A DNA stretch of 32,000 nt from Dickeya dadantii NCPPB 898. Lineage in GTDB: Bacteria; Pseudomonadota; Gammaproteobacteria; Enterobacterales; Enterobacteriaceae. Every line of letters starts with the position of its first letter. The first letter of the stretch is position 1. The stretch lies in the NCBI RefSeq assembly GCF_000406145.1, contig NZ_CM001976.1:3479263-3511262 (forward strand), read 5' to 3'. Below are positions 28,237 through 32,000 of the stretch, piece by piece. The position numbers and the translations under genes were made by a program. The notes beneath the pieces are model-generated. The model did not search any database. It saw nothing but the letters and a program-made list of their open reading frames with translations, and was not told the DNA's origin.

Positions 28237-29319
28237 ATGAGTGTAACCACCGAATCCCCTATCAGCCGTGTCAGCACGGCTGAAAACAGCGCGCTGATCC
28301 ATTATCGGCATATCATCCGCCATCGGCTGGCGGTGATGGCGGTACTGGTCGTCGCGATTGTCGCCTCTTTGTTGCTGGACTTTGTGCTCGGTCCTTCCGG
28401 CCTGCCGTTGGATGTGCTGTGGCAGACGCTGACCGATCCGGCCAACGCGGACGCCGGTAGCCGCGTCATCGTCTGGGACATCCGCCTGCCGTATGCGCTG
28501 ATGGCGGTAGTAGTCGGTCTGGCGCTGGGGCTGGCGGGCGCAGAGATGCAAACCATCCTGAACAACCCGCTGGCCAGCCCGTTCACGCTGGGCGTGTCCT
28601 CCGCGGCGGCATTCGGCGCGGCGCTGGCGATCGTACTGGGGGTCGGTATTCCGGGCGTTCCGGCGCAGTGGTTTATTTCAGCCAACGCCTTCCTGTTCGC
28701 GCTGCTGGCGGCGTTGCTGCTCGACGGCATTACCCGCTGGACCAAGGTAGCGACATCCGGCGTGGTGTTGTTCGGGATCGCGCTGGTGTTCACTTTTAAC
28801 GCGCTGGTATCCATCCTGCAGTTCATCGCCAACGAAGATACCCTGCAAGGGCTGGTGTTCTGGACCATGGGCAGCCTGGCGCGTTCATCCTGGGAAAAGC
28901 TCGGCATTCTGCTGCTGGTACTGGCTATCGTGATGCCGTTGTCCATGATGAGTTCATGGAAGCTGACCGCATTGCGTTTGGGTGAAGATCGCGCCATCAG
29001 CTTCGGCATCAACGTGCGCCGTCTGCGTCTGGCCACGCTGTTGCGCATCAGCTTCCTGTCGGCGCTGTCGGTGGCGTTCGTCGGGCCGATTGGCTTCATC
29101 GGTCTGGTGGCGCCGCATATCGCCCGCATGATTTTCGGCGAGGATCACCGCTTCTATCTGCCGGCCAGCGCCTTGACCGGCGCGCTGGTGTTGTCGCTGG
29201 CGTCCGTGGTGTCCAAGAACCTGCTGCCGGGCGTCATCATTCCGGTCGGGATTGTCACCTCGCTGGTGGGAGTTCCTTTCTTCCTCAGCATCATTCTGCG
29301 TAACCGGGGGAACGTATGA
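28237..29319 (+). CDS. ABC importer permease, FecCD/BtuC family (single gene, presumably a homodimer)
   Basis: 360 aa with roughly 9-10 hydrophobic segments. Typical family blocks are present: NPLASPFTLGVSSAAAFGAALAIV, TLQGLVFWTMGSL, GEDRAISFGINV and GPIGFIGLVAPHIARM. Confidence 0.9.
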   Translation: MSVTTESPISRVSTAENSALIHYRHIIRHRLAVMAVLVVAIVASLLLDFVLGPSGLPLDVLWQTLTDPANADAGSRVIVWDIRLPYALMAVVVGLALGLAGAEMQTILNNPLASPFTLGVSSAAAFGAALAIVLGVGIPGVPAQWFISANAFLFALLAALLLDGITRWTKVATSGVVLFGIALVFTFNALVSILQFIANEDTLQGLVFWTMGSLARSSWEKLGILLLVLAIVMPLSMMSSWKLTALRLGEDRAISFGINVRRLRLATLLRISFLSALSVAFVGPIGFIGLVAPHIARMIFGEDHRFYLPASALTGALVLSLASVVSKNLLPGVIIPVGIVTSLVGVPFFLSIILRNRGNV

Positions 29320-30107
29320 GTCACAACGGACTGGCGATTTCCCATTTTTCAGCGGGTTACCCCAAACGGACCGTCATTAACGATCTGTCGGTCCCGCTGT
29401 TGCCGCGCGGTAAGATCACCGTGCTGCTGGGGCCTAATGGCAGCGGCAAATCGACGCTGCTGCGTGCGCTGGCCGGGCTGGGACAGGCGCAGGGCGACAT
29501 GCTGCTGGATGACGTTAATGTAATGCAGTTGCCGTTCGCTAAACGGGCGGAAAAAGTGGTGTATCTGCCGCAATCGTTGCCTGCCGGCGTGCATCTGCAC
29601 GTGCTGGAATCGATCATCGTCGCCCAGCGCGCGTCCGGTGGGCTGCATCACAGCAGCAACGAAGACGAAGTGCTGACGCTGCTCAGACAGCTGGGCATTT
29701 CACATCTGGCGATGAGCTATCTGGACCAGCTTTCCGGCGGTCAGAAACAGCTGGTCGGGTTGGCGCAGTCGCTTATCCGTCAGCCTTCGCTGCTGTTGCT
29801 GGATGAACCGCTTAGCGCGCTCGACCTCAACTACCAGTTCCACGTGATGGATCTGGTACGTCAGGAAACCCGCAAGCGCAATATCGTGACGGTAGTGGTG
29901 GTGCATGACATCAATATCGCGCTGCGTCATGGCGACCACGTACTGATGCTCAAAGACGGCAAGCTGATCGCCGATGGCGAACCGGCCGAGGTGATCAGTG
30001 AAGAGAGTCTGGCGCAGGTGTACGGCGTTCGCGGCCGTATCGAACGCTGCTCTCGCGGTATTCCGCAGGTGATGATTGACGGGCTGGTTGCCGAACCGAC
30101 GCTGTAA
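29316..30107 (+). CDS. ABC importer ATP-binding protein (FepC/FecE/BtuD-like)
   Basis: Walker A GPNGSGKST, signature LSGGQKQ, Walker B LLLLDEP and an H-loop VVVVHD. The start overlaps the permease stop (ATGA), indicating translational coupling. Confidence 0.93.
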   Translation: MSHNGLAISHFSAGYPKRTVINDLSVPLLPRGKITVLLGPNGSGKSTLLRALAGLGQAQGDMLLDDVNVMQLPFAKRAEKVVYLPQSLPAGVHLHVLESIIVAQRASGGLHHSSNEDEVLTLLRQLGISHLAMSYLDQLSGGQKQLVGLAQSLIRQPSLLLLDEPLSALDLNYQFHVMDLVRQETRKRNIVTVVVVHDINIALRHGDHVLMLKDGKLIADGEPAEVISEESLAQVYGVRGRIERCSRGIPQVMIDGLVAEPTL

Positions 30108-30130
30108 ATCAGGCTTACCACGCCACACGT

Positions 30131-30171
30131 AAAAAACGCCCCGCTCATGCAGATGAACGGGGCGTTTTTTT
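30131..30171. terminator. Bidirectional Rho-independent terminator shared by the ABC operon and the convergent second binding-protein gene
   Basis: AAAAAACGCCCCG CTCATGCAGATGAA CGGGGCGTTTTTTT: GC-rich 7-bp stem CGCCCCG/CGGGGCG, extendable through the flanking A/T runs, with an A run 5' and a T run 3'. Confidence 0.85.
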
Positions 30172-30250
30172 ATTCACATTCGGTTATTCACGTTTGCTTA
30201 TTGGCGCGCTGTTGCAATCAGCCGCCCGATAAAGGCGGCCTCACGGCTTG

Positions 30251-31372
30251 TCAGGATTTCGCCGGCAGCGTCACCCAATATCCCGGCTGGTACGGCAGCG
30301 GCAGGAATTTCTCATGGAAGGTACGGAAGGTGGCATCCGGATCGATATCCTTGAACAAGTCCGGGTGCAACCACTTCGCCATCACCTGAATCGCCACAAA
30401 CTGATACGGGCTGTCATAGAACTGATGCCAGATAGCATGAGCCTTGCCGTTGGTGGCGACCGGCAGCGTTTTAAATGCGGAGCGTTCCATCAGCTTCTGC
30501 AAGCGTTGCAGCGCCTGTTGCTGGTCGGCCCCCGGCCCCACCCCAACCCAGCCGTTGGCGGTGTTGTAGTTCTTCCAGTTGGCGCCGGTAACAATCACTA
30601 CGTCCGGGCGCGCGCTGATGATCTGCTCCGGGTTCAGGGTGCCGAAAGTGCCGGGGATAATCCCCTTAGCGATGTTGATGCCGCCTGCGGCTTCCACCAT
30701 TTTCCCAAAGTTTTCATTGCCGAATGACATGCAGCACTCTTCGTCATAGCCGCCGGCACGGTCGAGCATCACCTTCGGACGCGGCCCCTGATAGTTCTTC
30801 AGGCGTTCGGTCACGATATCAATCTGTTGACGACGGAACTGAACGATCTCTTCGGCGCGTGCCGGTTTGCCCAGCAGTTGGCCCATGATGCGAATGCTTT
30901 TCTCGGCGTTTTCAAACGGCTTTTCACGGAAGTCGATAAACACCACTGGAATGCCCAGACCGCTGAGCTTTTCAATCAGCTTGGCCTCATCGGTAGCCGC
31001 TTTCGCTTCCAGATTCATCAGCACCAGATCCGGCTTCAGGTTCACCGCCTGCTCAACGTTGAAGGTGCCGTCTTTAGCGCCGCCGAAGGTCGGCAATTGT
31101 TTAATCTGCGGATATTTATGTTCATAAGCCAGATAGCCGTCATAGTCGGCTTTCGGCAAGTCGTCGCGCCAGCCGACCACACGCTGGAACGGCGCGTCGG
31201 TGTCAAAGGCCGCCAGCAGATAAATCTGCCGTCCTTCACCCAGGATCACCCGCTTAACTTCAGACTTGATCTCAACTTTTCTGCCGCTAACGTCTTCCAC
31301 CACAATGGGTGCAGCCCTGACTGCCGAAACCAGCCCCAACGCCATGCCAACGGCACACAACCACTTTTTCAT
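30251..31372 (-). CDS. Periplasmic substrate-binding protein, paralogue of 27109..28233 (copy 2), monocistronic
   Basis: 373 aa with signal peptide MKKWLCAVGMALGLVSAVRA|AP. It is alignable end to end with copy 1. For example, KRVILGEGRQIYLLAAF aligns with QRIVLQDGRDIMAMALL, EECCMSFGNENFG with DACCFTHSHSGWG, and HQFYDSPYQFVAIQVMAKWLHPDLF with HHFYNHPYNIVGMEYLAKAVYPKQF. Confidence 0.8.
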   Translation of the reverse strand: MKKWLCAVGMALGLVSAVRAAPIVVEDVSGRKVEIKSEVKRVILGEGRQIYLLAAFDTDAPFQRVVGWRDDLPKADYDGYLAYEHKYPQIKQLPTFGGAKDGTFNVEQAVNLKPDLVLMNLEAKAATDEAKLIEKLSGLGIPVVFIDFREKPFENAEKSIRIMGQLLGKPARAEEIVQFRRQQIDIVTERLKNYQGPRPKVMLDRAGGYDEECCMSFGNENFGKMVEAAGGINIAKGIIPGTFGTLNPEQIISARPDVVIVTGANWKNYNTANGWVGVGPGADQQQALQRLQKLMERSAFKTLPVATNGKAHAIWHQFYDSPYQFVAIQVMAKWLHPDLFKDIDPDATFRTFHEKFLPLPYQPGYWVTLPAKS

Positions 31373-31397
31373 TCTGTTATTCCCTGCCCGTTTTACG

Positions 31398-31416
31398 GAT
31401 AATGAGAGTCATTATC
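31398..31416. promoter_or_regulatory. Fur box upstream of the second binding-protein gene
   Basis: GATAATGAGAGTCATTATC matches 17 of 19 positions of the consensus GATAATGATAATCATTATC. It sits between a candidate -35 (TTACAT) and -10 (CATTAT) on the minus strand, 26 nt upstream of the ATG at 31372. Confidence 0.8.
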
Positions 31417-31580
31417 ATTCAATGTAAATAATAAAGTTACGGTTACATTCGGGCAATCTTTTTTACATGAAAAAACAGGATATTTATCAATACGTGATGG
31501 TGATCGAAGGGCGCAAACTCGGCCTTCCTGGGTTAACGGATCGGGTCAACGAAACGGGCTGAATTTACCGTGGGGCGCAC

Positions 31581-32000
31581 TCACCCCAGCAATGGACGAA
31601 TCCCGCCCATGACATCCGGTTGCGTAGTGAGATAAAGCACAATGCCGGCGAAGGTCAGCGCCATGCCGCCCACCAGCGACAAGGCTGACCAGACAAGCGG
31701 TTGCCAGCGTGGAGAGGAAAAGGCGCCGGCACGGCTCAAACGTTCCAGTTGGCGACGACAGAACAGCACCACCACGCCCAGCAGCGAGACGGTCAGCGCC
31801 GTCCCCAGCGCCATGGTCAGGGCAGCAATCACGCCCCAGACAAACACGTCCAGCACTTTGGCGAACAGCAACACCAGTATTGCACCGGAACACGGGCGCA
31901 ACCCCATCGCCAGCACCACCATCAGGCGGGTACGCCAGCCATCGCTGTGGTTGAGCGCCTCTGCCGCCGGCACGTGCTGATGACCGCAACCACAGTGTTC
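31581..32000 (-). CDS. NicO/RcnA-like nickel/cobalt-type transporter, C-terminal part; the 5' end lies beyond the window end
   Basis: The frame is open to the window edge (420 nt, in frame). The translation is EHCGCGHQHVPAAEALNHSDGWRTRLMVVLAMGLRPCSGAILVLLFAKVLDVFVWGVIAALTMALGTALTV.... It has a His/Cys-rich loop followed by hydrophobic helices including the GLRPCSGA block typical of this family, as I recall it. The track lists only the part starting at an internal Met (31581..31973). Confidence 0.7.
   Translation of the reverse strand, partial: EHCGCGHQHVPAAEALNHSDGWRTRLMVVLAMGLRPCSGAILVLLFAKVLDVFVWGVIAALTMALGTALTVSLLGVVVLFCRRQLERLSRAGAFSSPRWQPLVWSALSLVGGMALTFAGIVLYLTTQPDVMGGIRPLLG

Noticed and set aside
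27253-29129. Minus-strand ORFs 27253..27777, 27859..28551 and 28302..29129 opposite the ABC importer genes
   Set aside because: They are antisense to the binding-protein and permease genes, which have clear signal-peptide or TM architecture and family motifs. The minus-strand products are Arg/Ala-rich shadow ORFs.
31546-31989. 147-aa minus-strand ORF in an alternative frame over the NicO-like gene, and plus-strand ORFs 31642..31980 and 31709..31954
   Set aside because: The frame giving EHCGCGHQH... followed by TM helices is open to the window edge and has family-like features. The alternatives are Ala/Gly/Arg-rich overlaps without such features.
1-32000. Searched by eye for CRISPR-like regularly spaced repeats, tRNA or rRNA genes, intact IS elements with terminal inverted repeats, integrase or recombinase genes, and defence-system hallmarks (nucleases, ATPases or reverse transcriptases of unknown function)
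   Set aside because: None was found. Every ORF of 200 aa or more that is not an antisense shadow is accounted for by a recognisable housekeeping or transport gene. The only mobile-element-like signals are the ERIC copy and the short IS110-like N-terminal motif reported above.

Overview
This is a chromosomal core segment from a member of the Enterobacterales. Hand-sampled coding lines are about 55-60% GC. A Pectobacteriaceae/Dickeya-like origin is only my inference from protein similarity and synteny. Gene order is collinear with the E. coli K-12 region guaBA / xseA / yfgJ-der-bamB-yfgM-hisS-ispG-rodZ-rlmN-ndk / sseA / sseB-pepB-iscX-fdx-hscAB-iscAUSR-trmJ / suhB, and almost every gene is a confidently recognisable housekeeping gene. 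Relative to E. coli there are six lineage-specific additions. (1) A two-gene protealysin-like M4 metalloprotease plus emfourin-type inhibitor operon is wedged between xseA and yfgJ. (2) A PilW-like TPR lipoprotein gene lies between rlmN and rodZ. (3) An ERIC element with an internal insertion lies between ndk and sseA. (4) An odd low-GC spacer of about 0.4 kb lies upstream of sseB. (5) Downstream of suhB there is a Fur-box-preceded FecCD/BtuC-type ABC importer with two paralogous substrate-binding proteins. (6) The 3' part of a NicO/RcnA-like metal transporter gene lies at the right edge. I found no tRNA, rRNA, CRISPR array, intact IS or prophage, and no recognisable defence or toxin operon, so I cannot claim a clearly novel multi-gene system here. 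The most unusual locus is the sseB 5' region. There a G8 homopolymer takes the E. coli-like start codon out of frame. The ORF is instead opened by an upstream ATG whose 29-codon extension looks like the N-terminus of an IS110-family DEDD transposase, and it is preceded by a promoter-like site and a structured leader. Secondary curiosities are an in-frame 3 x 18 bp tandem repeat that adds Cys residues to the zinc-ribbon protein YfgJ, a possible RBS-masking structure in front of hscB, and the duplicated vicinal-Cys binding proteins of the iron-type transporter.
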